DNA from: Paramoeba atlantica
Taxonomy: Eukaryota > Protista > Discosea
DNA length: 64,000 bases
Assembly: GCA_977017575.1 (NCBI GenBank)
Contig: CDRNVI010000170.1
Location: forward strand, 152,120 to 216,119
Reading direction: 5' to 3'
Part shown: piece by piece, positions 12,028 through 22,200 of the stretch
How the letters are laid out: the number at the start of each line of letters is the position of its first letter
Numbering within the stretch: position 1 is the first letter of the stretch
The notes under the pieces: generated by a model
Told to the model about the DNA's origin: nothing
Databases searched by the model: none
What the model saw: only the letters and a program-made list of their open reading frames with translations
Made by a program: the position numbers and the translations under genes

Positions 12028-12604
12028 AACCAGTTTTATTTTGGAGGAGATCATCTAACACCCCCCCCCCCCCAAATGAATTGATTTCTTGATTATTCCA
12101 AAATTAGCAGGGGGTGTGGTAGGCCAAAAGAGATGTTTGGATCTTAATTAGCAAAGATACATCACACCATCAGAGGATTTCTTCGTGATCTTTGTGAAGA
12201 AGTTTCAGTCATCAATTTGGTTCTGTTCCATGAACACAAAAACCCACCCACTCCTCATTCACATTGCAAGAGGAAAAAGGACACAAAAAGGGATTGAGGA
12301 AAATCTCCCAACAAAAGATGATGAATTTTTGTTGGCACATCCTTTGCTTCACCCACTTCTTGATGAAATAAGACATTAATTCACTCAGGTTTTCCTCTTG
12401 AATTTTTCTTGGTTGCCTTCCCCTTGAGACCTTCAGGTTTCCCTAAAGTTCTCCCTCCATTTTCCTCCAACCAATTGAGCAGTGAGGTTCAATATTTTCC
12501 TGACACTCCCTTTTTCAACATCCAAATTTCAAAAAAAAAAAAAAGAAAAAGAAAACACAGCACCTTGAAATGAAAGGCGTAAAAAAAATAAATCAAAAAA
12601 AAAA

Positions 12605-12721
12605 TGGTTGAGGTGGGATTCGAACCCACGAACCCGAAGGACCAGAAGACTAAACACTGTATTTTTACAGCCAAGATTTAACTCTTGAGTCTGGCGCGTT
12701 TGACCGCTTCGCTACCCAACC
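12605..12721 (-). tRNA. tRNA-Leu(CAA) with ~36-nt intron after position 37
   Basis: GGTTGGG/CTCAACC acceptor, CCAGA-CTCAAG-[intron]-T-TCTGG anticodon arm, long variable arm, GTTCGAATC. Confidence 0.92.
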
Positions 12722-12733
12722 AGATATACGACA

Positions 12734-13136
12734 ATTACCCTTCAAGAGCACCTTTCTAAAGAGACCACACACACACACAGAGAAGACAATAAAAGACAGG
12801 AGAAGTCCAAAGGGAATGCCACAAAATAATAGTTATGGCTGCACCATAAGACACCATCAGAAGATCCATTGCAGGCATTATGTCATTGAAAACACATCTT
12901 TTCTCCCTCAATGGTCTTGTTGCAGACCCAGAGCCGCACTGATCGCACCACCAACCCTTCCAGTTCCTTCTCATCACTTGAAGCAGAACCATTTCCATAT
13001 TGAGTGATGCATAACACATAGATTGAGCAATCACATGGATTTCATTTCTAATCGCAGCAATGGCACTCAGAGCAGCCACGCCCAAGCCATGAGGACACAT
13101 CCACACTTTCTTTGGCCAAAACCTTTGCAGCGGCAT
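12734..13136 (-). mobile_element. Internally deleted PAT-type relic: B terminal repeat, YR C-terminus and MT fragment
   Basis: 12734-12761 matches the B-repeat end at 23/28; cccagagccgcactgatcgcaccaccaacccttcc matches the YR gene at ~25555; 13090-13130 matches the MT region. Confidence 0.8.
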
Positions 13137-13167
13137 TTTGTTGTGTAAAAAAAGAAGAAAAAAAAAA

Positions 13168-13240
13168 CTCCACCTGGAGGGTTCGAACCTCCGACCTTGT
13201 GGTTAACAGCCACACGCTCTGCCAACTGAGCTAAGGAGGA
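13168..13240 (-). tRNA. tRNA-Asn(GTT)
   Basis: TCCTCCT...TAGCTCAGTTGGCAGAGC, CT-GTT-AA loop, GTTCGAACC; one T-T mismatch in the acceptor stem. Confidence 0.9.
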
Positions 13241-13469
13241 ATGTATTGAAAAGATGTCAATTTTTTAGATTCAAAACAAAGATTGATCACATTTTCTAAA
13301 GTCAATTACTGTCTCAAACATAAGCTGGAGGCAGTGTTGTACTCTTGTTGGGGGGAGGTCTTGCATTGATGAGGTTACCTTGCAAGTTTAAAGTCACATT
13401 CTACCAAGTGATCTGATCACACAATTGGGATCATTGTGACTTTGTAAGAGCGGTTTCGACTTTTTTGTG

Positions 13470-14040
13470 CTTCGACCAAGGGGAAGTATTTGTTTTTTGA
13501 ATTTCACTCAATTCAATATTTGTATCATGGGAGTCAAAGGTTGTAATCTTAAACAAAGAAGGAGAATTGATCAAATCTTTTGGATCAAAAGGTTCTGAAG
13601 ATGGTCAGGTTGATGATGAACCAGTGTGGGTGTGGATGTGGATGAAGAAGGTTGAATTATTGTTGTTTAACAATCTTTACAATGTTGGCATTGATAGGGG
13701 GATGGGAATATTGTTGTTTGTTTCTGATTTTGAGAATCATCAGATTCAAGTGATGGAATATGAAGGGAATTTTATTTGATGTTTTGGAACAGAAGGTTCA
13801 GGTGTGATTCTCAATATTCCATGGTCCAAGAGGTGTTGATGTGGATGGGGGAAGGTAGAATTGTTGTTTGTGATTCAGAAAATGGGAGAATGAGGGTGTT
13901 TTTAGAAGGAAGGAACATTTCTTTTTTTATTTGGTGATTTTCACATGAGTGAACCTCATTTATGGGGTTGTTGTTGTTGATTCATTTTGGATCAATTATT
14001 ATTTCAGATTTTAAGAAGAATTTTAAAATTGAATTGTGGA
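13470..14040 (+). pseudogene. NHL-repeat protein pseudogene
   Basis: Repeats LIKSFGSKGSEDGQ, GVDVDEEG*IIV, FVSDFENHQIQV...FI*CFGTEGSG, GVDVDG.GRIVVCDSENGR; contains stops and frameshifts. Confidence 0.8.
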
Positions 14041-14193
14041 ACTAATTTGGAAGAGAGGAAGGGATTTTTTTATTATTCTTTTTCATTTTCTCCCTTTTTA
14101 TTTTCTCTTCTTCAAGAGGGTTTTTGTTTTTTTGATTTTTTTTGATTGATTTTTTTGGTAATCCTTCTTACTTTGTTTCTCTCTTTCAACAAA

Positions 14194-14265
14194 TCCCCGA
14201 TAGTATAGTTGGCAAAATCCCCGCCTGTCACGCGGGAGTCCCGGGTTCGATTCCCGGTCGGGGAG
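14194..14265 (+). tRNA. tRNA-Asp(GTC)
   Basis: TCCCCGA/TCGGGGA acceptor, CT-GTC-AC loop, GTTCGATTC. Confidence 0.95.
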
Positions 14266-15467
14266 GATTTTTTTTTCTCTTTCTCTTTCTTTTTCTTTTT
14301 TTTGATTCAATCCAAAAATACATGAAAAAAAGAGGAATTCTTCAATTTTTGTGTCTTCAAAAGATCAAAGTGATATGGTTTTTTTCTTTTTTTCTTTTTT
14401 TTTTTCTCTCTTCTCTTTTTTCTCTTCTCTTTTTTTTCTATTTTTATTTTTTGATTCTCTCTCCTTTTTTCTGATTTCTTTTGAACTCACACTAATAATA
14501 ATAAATCACAAGATATGAAAGGGTCTCTGTTTTGCAAACTCCAATGCCTATGGTGATCTCTTCTTTCTCCTCTTTTGGGTTTCCTCTTTCTATTCTTCTT
14601 CTCTTTCTATCTTCTTTTATCCATTTTTTGTTGTTTTTCTTTTTGTTTTGATTTTAGGGTTGGTTTTTTCCATTCTTCATCCTTTTTTCCCAAAAATTTT
14701 TTTGTTGAAGAAGACTTATTTTTATAATTGAAGTCAAAAACAAGAAAATGTTGAAAAAATCAGAGGAGCAACTCACCCAAAAATGAGAAAAAGAGAGAGA
14801 AGAGGATGCAAGATCTATTTTTCAAGAATAAAAAAAGATGAATAATTCTCAAAAAAAATAAAGAACTTGAAACAAACTCAAAAACAAATAGGATTAAAAC
14901 AAAATAAAAAGAACCAAAATATATCAAACCCCAAATTATTTTTTGGAACAGTACTTTTTGTGATATCATAAAACATCAACAGCCACAAAGTTCAACTTCA
15001 ATTGGTTTCTTCTATTGCAAAGTGAACAATCACCATATATTCACCCATTGACAACAATCATTCTCTTGCTAACAAAAAATTGAAATCATCTCATGTGAAA
15101 AATTTTCGCTTCCACAGATTGTGTATGAAAATCTTTTGTTTTTTCTTATTCACCAGATCAAAAGCTGTTTGAAAACCTTCCTCTCAGTGAGTTGTTTCAA
15201 AAATTTTGGTCCATTCTCCAATTACTTTGTTGTGCAATGGAAGAGGGCCTTTCATTTTTTGGACAGAAATTTTTTTTACCCCTTTTCTGTTTCTTTCCAA
15301 GCAATTTGTTACCATCACCCCAAAAAAAGAGAAAAACAGAGAAAACCAAATTTTTCCAAAATCAATTTGAGTGTCACACAAACAAACTTCAATTGGAGCA
15401 AAAGAGGGTCAGTGGGGAAACTTTTTTTCTTTTTTTTTTTTTGAAAATTTAAAAAAAAAAAAAAAAA

Positions 15468-15540
15468 AGCCACTAAAGGGGCTCGAACCCTTGACCACTA
15501 GGTTAAAAGCCTAGCGCTCTACCGACTGAGCTATAGTGGC
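15468..15540 (-). tRNA. tRNA-Lys(TTT)
   Basis: GCCACTA/TAGTGGC acceptor, CTAGG-CTTTTAA-CCTAG arm, GTTCGAGCC. Confidence 0.93.
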
Positions 15541-15776
15541 ATTTGTTGAAAAAAGTCAAATTTTTAGTGTGATGGGGGGGGGGCTGATTTTGATGGAAAA
15601 AGGAAAAAGAAGAAAAGGACACTCAAACAGAAAAAAAAGAGGTTTTTAATTCCTTCTTGAGCAAAACAACAAAGACAAAAGAAAACCCCATTCAATTCCC
15701 AACCAACCAACAACAAGGAAAAGGAGGAAGTCAATGAGATTTATCTTTTTTTCAATTTTTTTTCAAAAAAATAAAT

Positions 15777-15849
15777 TGCTCATTACAGGGATCGAACCTG
15801 TGACCTCCGCGTTATTAGCACGGCGCTCTACCGACTAAGCTAAACGAGC
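15777..15849 (-). tRNA. tRNA-Ile(AAT)
   Basis: GCTCGTT/AATGAGC acceptor, CT-AAT-AA loop, GTTCGATCC. Confidence 0.93.
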
Positions 15850-16210
15850 ATTTCTGAAAAATGAACCAATTTTTTGGCTTTCCAGTGGGAAAAAGGTCGG
15901 GAGAAACAGAAAAACAAAGTGAAAAACAAAGAAAAGAGCAGAGAAAGGAAAAAACAAATGAAAAAAGTGATTGGAGAAAATGAAGGAAAATCACTTTTAT
16001 TGTTAATTCACAAAAAAGGAGGAAAAAAAACATCTATTATTTTTCATGATTTCCCAAAGACTATTTTTTTTTTCTTTTTCAAGGGAAGGGAAAACCTTTT
16101 CAAAATTGAATGATTTTTTTTTCATTCATTCATTCAAAAAAAGGAAAAGAAAAATGTTTTCAGTCCAAAAAAAAGGAAAAAATTCAAAAACAAAAAAAAA
16201 GAAAAAAATT

Positions 16211-16294
16211 CGTCGGAAGCAGGATTTGAACCTACGCCCCGTTTCCAGGATGTGATTTCTAGTCACACGTCTTAGACCACTCGACCATTCCGAC
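16211..16294 (-). tRNA. tRNA-Ser(AGA)
   Basis: GTCGGAA/TTCCGAC acceptor, TGTGA-CTAGAAA-TCACA arm, long variable arm CCTG-GAAA-CGGG. Confidence 0.93.
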
Positions 16295-16517
16295 ATTTAA
16301 TAAAAAATGAGTGAAAAAAAGCAGAGAATAAGGAAAAAGAGCAGGAGAGAAAGAAAAAGGGGCAAACCAAAAACAAGGGGGGAAAGTGTCTGTAAAAGTT
16401 TGAAAAAAGTTTTAAATTTCTTGAAAAGAGGAAGAACAGGAAGAAGAGACAGATGATAAAGAGAAAGATGGAGAAAAGCAGAAGGACAAAAGAAAGAAAA
16501 GACAAAAGACTCAAAAT

Positions 16518-16790
16518 TTGATGGTCGAAATTTTGATTGACTTTTTTCTTTCAATGGTCGAAATTTTTGATGTTTTTTTCGACCATTGAAGTTATTTTTT
16601 CGATGGTTGGTGTTTTTCTTGGTTTTTTTTCGATGGTCGAAAGTTTGGACAATGGAAGAAGATCAAGTTGAAGCTGTTTGTGAGCTGAGGTGGGCAATGA
16701 CATCAGCTAACTTTCAGGGTGTTGAAACCTCTCCAGTGATCCGATTCAAACCAACTGCAAGTGCAGCAGCTTGAGCCCACCCCCATGTGT
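16518..16790. repeat. TCGATGGTCGA-type palindrome array plus degraded ORF start; paralog of 34870-35205
   Basis: Shared aagtttggacaatgga...tgtttgtgagctgaggtgggcaatgacatcagctaactttcagggtgttgaaacctctcca...gactgcaagtgcagcagcttgagcccaccc. Confidence 0.88.
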
Positions 16791-16895
16791 GGAGAACTGT
16801 CACATGCAGAGAGAGAGAGAGTGAGAGTGAGATTCTCAACAAAATGAAACAACCCACCACAACACAACAGTTCTTTTTTGGTTTTTTCAACAAAT

Positions 16896-16967
16896 TCCCT
16901 TGTGGTGTAGTCGGTAACACGGTCGGCTCTCACCCGGCCACCCCGGGTTCGATTCCCGGCAAGGGAG
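16896..16967 (+). tRNA. tRNA-Glu(CTC)
   Basis: Identical to 5773-5844 except the anticodon wobble base. Confidence 0.95.
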
Positions 16968-17228
16968 CTTTTTTTTTTCAATTCCTTTTTTTTTTCTGAT
17001 GTGTTGTGTTGTTTCTTTTTCTCCAAATGTGTTCTTTGTTCCTTTTCTTTCTTTTTTTTTTTGATAATCTTTCCCAAAGAATCAAGAACAATTTTTGAAT
17101 CAAAAGAAGGTGAACCCCAAAGAGTTGATTTGAAAAAAAAAAAGATATCTTTGAGTTTGAACATCAAAAACACAAAACTGATTCAATTTCAAAAAAAAAA
17201 AAAAAAAGAAAAAAAAAAGAAAAAAAAA

Positions 17229-17253
17229 TGCCGAAAACGTGGATCGAACACGT

Positions 17254-17285
<32 letters not shown>

Positions 17286-17301
17286 GCTGAGCTATTTCGG
17301 C
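17229..17301 (-). tRNA. tRNA-Phe(GAA)
   Basis: GCCGAAA/TTTCGGC acceptor, CT-GAA-GA loop, GTTCGATCC. Confidence 0.95.
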
Positions 17302-18453
17302 TTTTCTGGAAAAAAAGACCATTTTTTGGGAACACAGGTACTTGTGAAGGGGGATTGTCTGATTGGAACATTGAAAAACATCAAAAATTCCCTTTTTTGA
17401 AACCACTTTTTGTGTTTTTGAGTGTTTTTTGGGATTAAAATATTCTCAAAATGAATTTTTGATACATGTTTAAACTGTTGTGATTTGGTGAAAGCTCTTT
17501 TTGAACACAAAGCACTAGATTTGTAGCACTAAAATCAACTTTGTTGTTTTGTGTTGGAACCACAAGGGCAGACACAGATGTAACAAGGGCAAGATCTGTA
17601 TCCTGTTTGGAAACTCTGCTCCAACAAAAATATTTCCCACTCAGAACTTGGAGCAACGCTTCAGAGAGTTCATTTAGGGTGACATTGGCCAGTGTCTCCC
17701 TGATTGCATTCAGTATCCCTTCTCTTGTTGAACTCTTTTTCTCAAAACCGATTTTTCCTTTCGTTATTTTTTTCAATCCACACAGATTTGTTCTTGATTT
17801 TCCAAATAATAATTACAGAAATACTCTTTTCGATTTTTGGACTGTTGGAGTTCTTCTGGGTTTGGAAGGATGGAGTGGGGTAATTCAGGATGAAGAGAAA
17901 GAAGACCTTGGATTCATCCCTCAGCCAACAAAAAAAAGTGTCCACAAACTTCCCAAAAAAGGAGATTGTGATATGTTCTTCATTGTTTTTCATTAAAGTC
18001 TCATAGCCAAAGGTAAGAGATCAAATTGGATTTGGAAAATGTTTTAATGAATGAAATCAAAATAAAAAGTGTTTTGTAATTCTTGGAAAATAAATTGTTT
18101 TCGCTGAATGGATCATTTTGCGCGATCAATCCAGGAATAAGAAATCGGTCGGCAGATTTCAGGAAACAAAAGATTGAAAAGGACAGTCAATTCCAGGGTG
18201 ACCTTCCCAGGTGACTTTTTGAAGCTTGAATAACTTTGGAAAAAACTTAAACATGAAGTGAATTAACAATATTTTTAAAGATTTTTGAGTTCCATTTGCT
18301 CATGGAAGAGTGCTCATTCAATACCTTAAAATTGAGCTAACATCAAAAAGACCCCTAATTTTTTTTAAAAAAAAATTCTAAAAAATCAAAAAAAAATATT
18401 GAGCCTCACGAGAATCAAGTTTAAGAAAGAAAATAACTTTTTTTTCAATCCTA

Positions 18454-18734
18454 TGAACACGTCTACTTTGGTACAGACTAAAGAAGGCGTGTCAGAAATA
18501 TGTTGAATGGACAACTGAAGAGCGGTCCTCAGAAGTCTCACGAAAAAGCGAGAAACTTCCTGATGACATCATCAATGGTGTTCTTTATTTAGATTCACAG
18601 AAGGTCGACTTGGAGGAGACCAAGGGTCGACTTGAAGGAGATTGGGAATTGACTTGGAGAAGATCAAGAGTCGGATCAAACGAATAGAGCAGAGAGCCAA
18701 GTGTCTTCAGAGTAGCGCACATTGCTCGTGTGCA
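18454..18734 (-). repeat. 3' LTR
   Basis: Direct repeat of 23787-24067. Confidence 0.95.
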
Positions 18735-19260
18735 CTCTCCCCGCCCAAGAAGTCCTTCGTTTAGGAGAAACGGAGGTGCTCAAAGAAGAGCCCGAGGAGC
18801 TTGAAGAGCTTGAGGACTTGGAAGAGGAAGAAGACTTCTTGGTCGATTTAGAGGTTGAAGATTTGGAGGTTTTCGATGATTTAGAGGAAGAGGAAGAGGA
18901 AGAAGACTTCTTGGGTGACTTGGAAGTTGATGATTTGGAGGATGATGACTTAGAGGAAGATGATTTAGAAGGAGGTGGATTCAAAGGGTGTTTCTGATGA
19001 TACCTTTCGATTTGTTCTGAAGCATCAATTTGTGAAACATGGATCCATTCAGCATCGGCCTTTCGGTAGTGTTTGAAATGCACTCGATAATAAAGTTCTC
19101 CATTCGAATACTTATGCTTAAGGATTTCCTTCACTTCAAAATCATAACCATCATCATCTTCAACAATCTCTTCGGGTGCTGGCTCTGAATTAACAATAGA
19201 TATTTCATTTGATTCAGGATGCAGAGTAATCTCGTACCGAACATGGAGTTTCTTTAAGTT
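18676..19260 (-). CDS. Chromodomain plus Ser/Lys-rich tail, in frame with pol after a single TAG
   Basis: YDFEVKEILKHKYSNGELYYRVHFKHYRKADAEWIHVSQIDASEQIERY; the frame is open from 19260 and runs into the 3' LTR. Confidence 0.85.
   Translation of the reverse strand, partial: NLKKLHVRYEITLHPESNEISIVNSEPAPEEIVEDDDGYDFEVKEILKHKYSNGELYYRVHFKHYRKADAEWIHVSQIDASEQIERYHQKHPLNPPPSKSSSSKSSSSKSSTSKSPKKSSSSSSSSKSSKTSKSSTSKSTKKSSSSSKSSSSSSSSGSSLSTSVSPKRRTSWAGRVHTSNVRYSEDTWLSALFV
18735..18746 (-). other. Polypurine tract
   Basis: GGGCGGGGAGAG immediately before the 3' LTR on the minus strand. Confidence 0.85.
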
Positions 19261-22200
19261 CTAAACGTTTTGGATTTCTGAATTCTTCTCTCGTTTGAGT
19301 TCTTGAATCCGGTAACTTCCATTCTTAAGATCCTCCACAACCACATAAATCTCTTGGTAGTAATAGGGTCTGTACTTCTTTGCAATCTCTTTTCCTTTTG
19401 ATTTGTTTCTCTTCAACACTTGATCACCAACCTTCAACACAGTGTATGTTCCTTCATTTGCTTTGTCATATCGTTGTTTTTGTTTCACAGCCACTTTCTC
19501 TCTCTCTTCTTGAACCCAATTAATTACGCCCTCCCTCTCAGTTTGTAGCTTCTTGACGTAGTCATCAATCAGTACCACTGGTTTGTTCACAGAGCCGAAG
19601 AGAGAATCGATTGGCATAATTGGATGTCTCCCAAAGTGAAGATAGAAAGGTGTGTAACCAGTCGAGGAGGAACGAGAAGTATTGAAAGCAAATTCCACAA
19701 GAGGTAAGAGAAGGTTCCAATCGTCTGCATATTTATCAACAAATGAGCGAATGATTGATTCTGTAACTTTGTGGGAACATTCAACACGGCCATTACTTTT
19801 GGAGTTGTAGGGGGCAATAAAAGTTTGTTTCATTCCGAGAAGCTGGGTCAGTTCTGCAAAAATTTGATTTGCAAATTCTGAACCATTATCTGTTACTATC
19901 CGCAAAGGCATTGAATTAACACAAACATACTGAAGTAAGGCTTCAGCAGAGGCTTCGGCAGAGGGATCTGGAATTGCATACAGACGTATATAGCCACTAA
20001 AGTTATCAAGGATAGCCAAAATAAAAGAATTCCCACGAGCAGTGACTTTTGGTCCCTTTGTACAATCCAGGTGGAGTAAAATTCCAGGATAAGAAGCCAT
20101 ATAAGGGTTTAAATCAGATGTCAATGTCTTTGTTTTCGAGTTGATCGCACAATTAAGGCAGCGGTGATAGTAACCTTTGATCGCAGCACTCATACCAGGA
20201 AAATAATAGGAGACAGCAATTGCATCATAAAGTCGCTTGAACTTGCGGTGTCCAGAGATTAGATCTGAATGATAAGCGTCAAATACTGTATTCCACAAAC
20301 TCTGGGGTAGAATTGCAGGTGGGAGACAACCGGCAGCTGTAGTTTCATCCACTTTCCTCAAGATTCCGGATTCATCAACCCAGTACTTGTGAGCAGTTCG
20401 TTGGAGTGCCCGAAGATAGCGCTTCCTCTTAGGCAAGAGGCCATTAATCAAGTAATTAATAATCATTGAGCAAAACTTATCTTTCCTTTGAGCCTGAGCA
20501 AGGTAAGGAAGTTCAACTAAAACCCAATCAATGTCATCCGTATCCACTTCAACATTCTCAGAACTTTCTTTTGCTGTGGAAAGTGGCAGAGGCAGTGATC
20601 GAATAGGAGGAATGTCACGAATTTCCGGCTCACTGATTAATTCAATTTTTTCCAAAATGTTGTTTTGTCTCGAGAGGATATGGGTTTTTCCTGAAGAAGA
20701 TTGTCCCAAATCCACCAACTCTTCAAACCAACGAGTCACATAATCCTTTGAAGTGGCCTTATCATGATATCCAACATACTGGCGGCTTAGAGCATCAGGG
20801 ATTGCCATCAACTTTCCAGGTTTGTGAATGACCTTTGGGTGATATTCTAGAATTCGAGCAACCCAATCGCGCAGCATATCATGGTTCGGTACTTTCTGTT
20901 GACCCGTTTTAAACACGGATTTGAGAGATTCGCAATCACAGAACACAATAGGATTTCGACCACGGACGTAATACTTGAAGTTGTTTAATGCCCACAGGAT
21001 TCCAAGGCCCTCCCACAGAGGATTAGTATACTTCTGCTGTGTCTCTGTGAGTGTTCGAGAAGCATACTCAATAACTCGGTGGCGGCCATCTTGATCCATC
21101 TGAGTGAGAATCGCTCCAAGACCAAGCTTGCTGGCATCAACATGGATAAAAAATTCTTTTGAGAAGTCAGGATGGGCCATACAGGTTTCGGATGTCAAGA
21201 GCTCCTTTAAGAGATGTATCTCCTTGATGGATTCTTGGGATAGCGAAAACTTCTTTGGATCCATCACTTTGGCTTTTCTCAAGTGTGTTGTTAAACTGGA
21301 TGAACGAGGGATGAACCGTTTTAACCAAGTAACCATTCCCAAAAATCTCTCAACTTCCTTTGGAGTAGTTGGAAGTGGGTAATTCTGGATTGCCTCAACT
21401 TTTTTCGGATTTGGCTTCAAACCATCCTTTGTCGCGATAAATCCAAGAATTTCAAAATTTGGCTTGCAAAATGAGCACTTTGCTGGTTGGAGCATCAAAT
21501 CATTGTCCCTCAATCTTTGGAAAATTTTCATCAGATCAGCCAGATGTTGTTCAAACGTTGAGCTGTAACAAAGGATATCATTGATGTAGGCAAAACAACA
21601 TTGCCAAACCAGACCACTCAAGACCGTTTCAATAAACCGTTGTTGTGTTGCTGGAGCGTTACATAACCCAAAAGGCATCGAGAGAAATTCCCAGAGACCA
21701 TATTTGCTGGTAAAGGCAGCCTTTTCAATGTCTCCTTCTCTGATTGGGATTGACCAGAAAGCCTCAGACAGGTCAATAGAGGAAAAATAAGAAGAACTGC
21801 CAAGTGCAGCTAAGATTTCATCCATACGGGGTAGTGGATAAGAGTCCTTCTTTGTTTTTTCATTCAGGCGACGGAAATCCACACAAAACCGAACATTTCC
21901 ATTCTTCTTGTCCGCCAAGAGAATTGGAGCAGCCCAAGGAGAGTTAGATTTTCTAATCACTTTCCTTTTCACCATCTTGTCAATATGTTTCCATATGATG
22001 CAGTCTTCGACAGGTGTGGTTCTACGGGGTTTTGCTCTCAAGGGTGGACCCTCTGCCTCGATTGGATGACTCGTTGCCGTGGTCCTAGTAATTGGACCTT
22101 CTCGCTTCTCATCATCCCACAAGTCTTGGAAAGAAACCAACATCTCCGCTAATTGTATTTTCTGCCTGTCATTCAATTCAGCATTATCCAAACCAAATTT

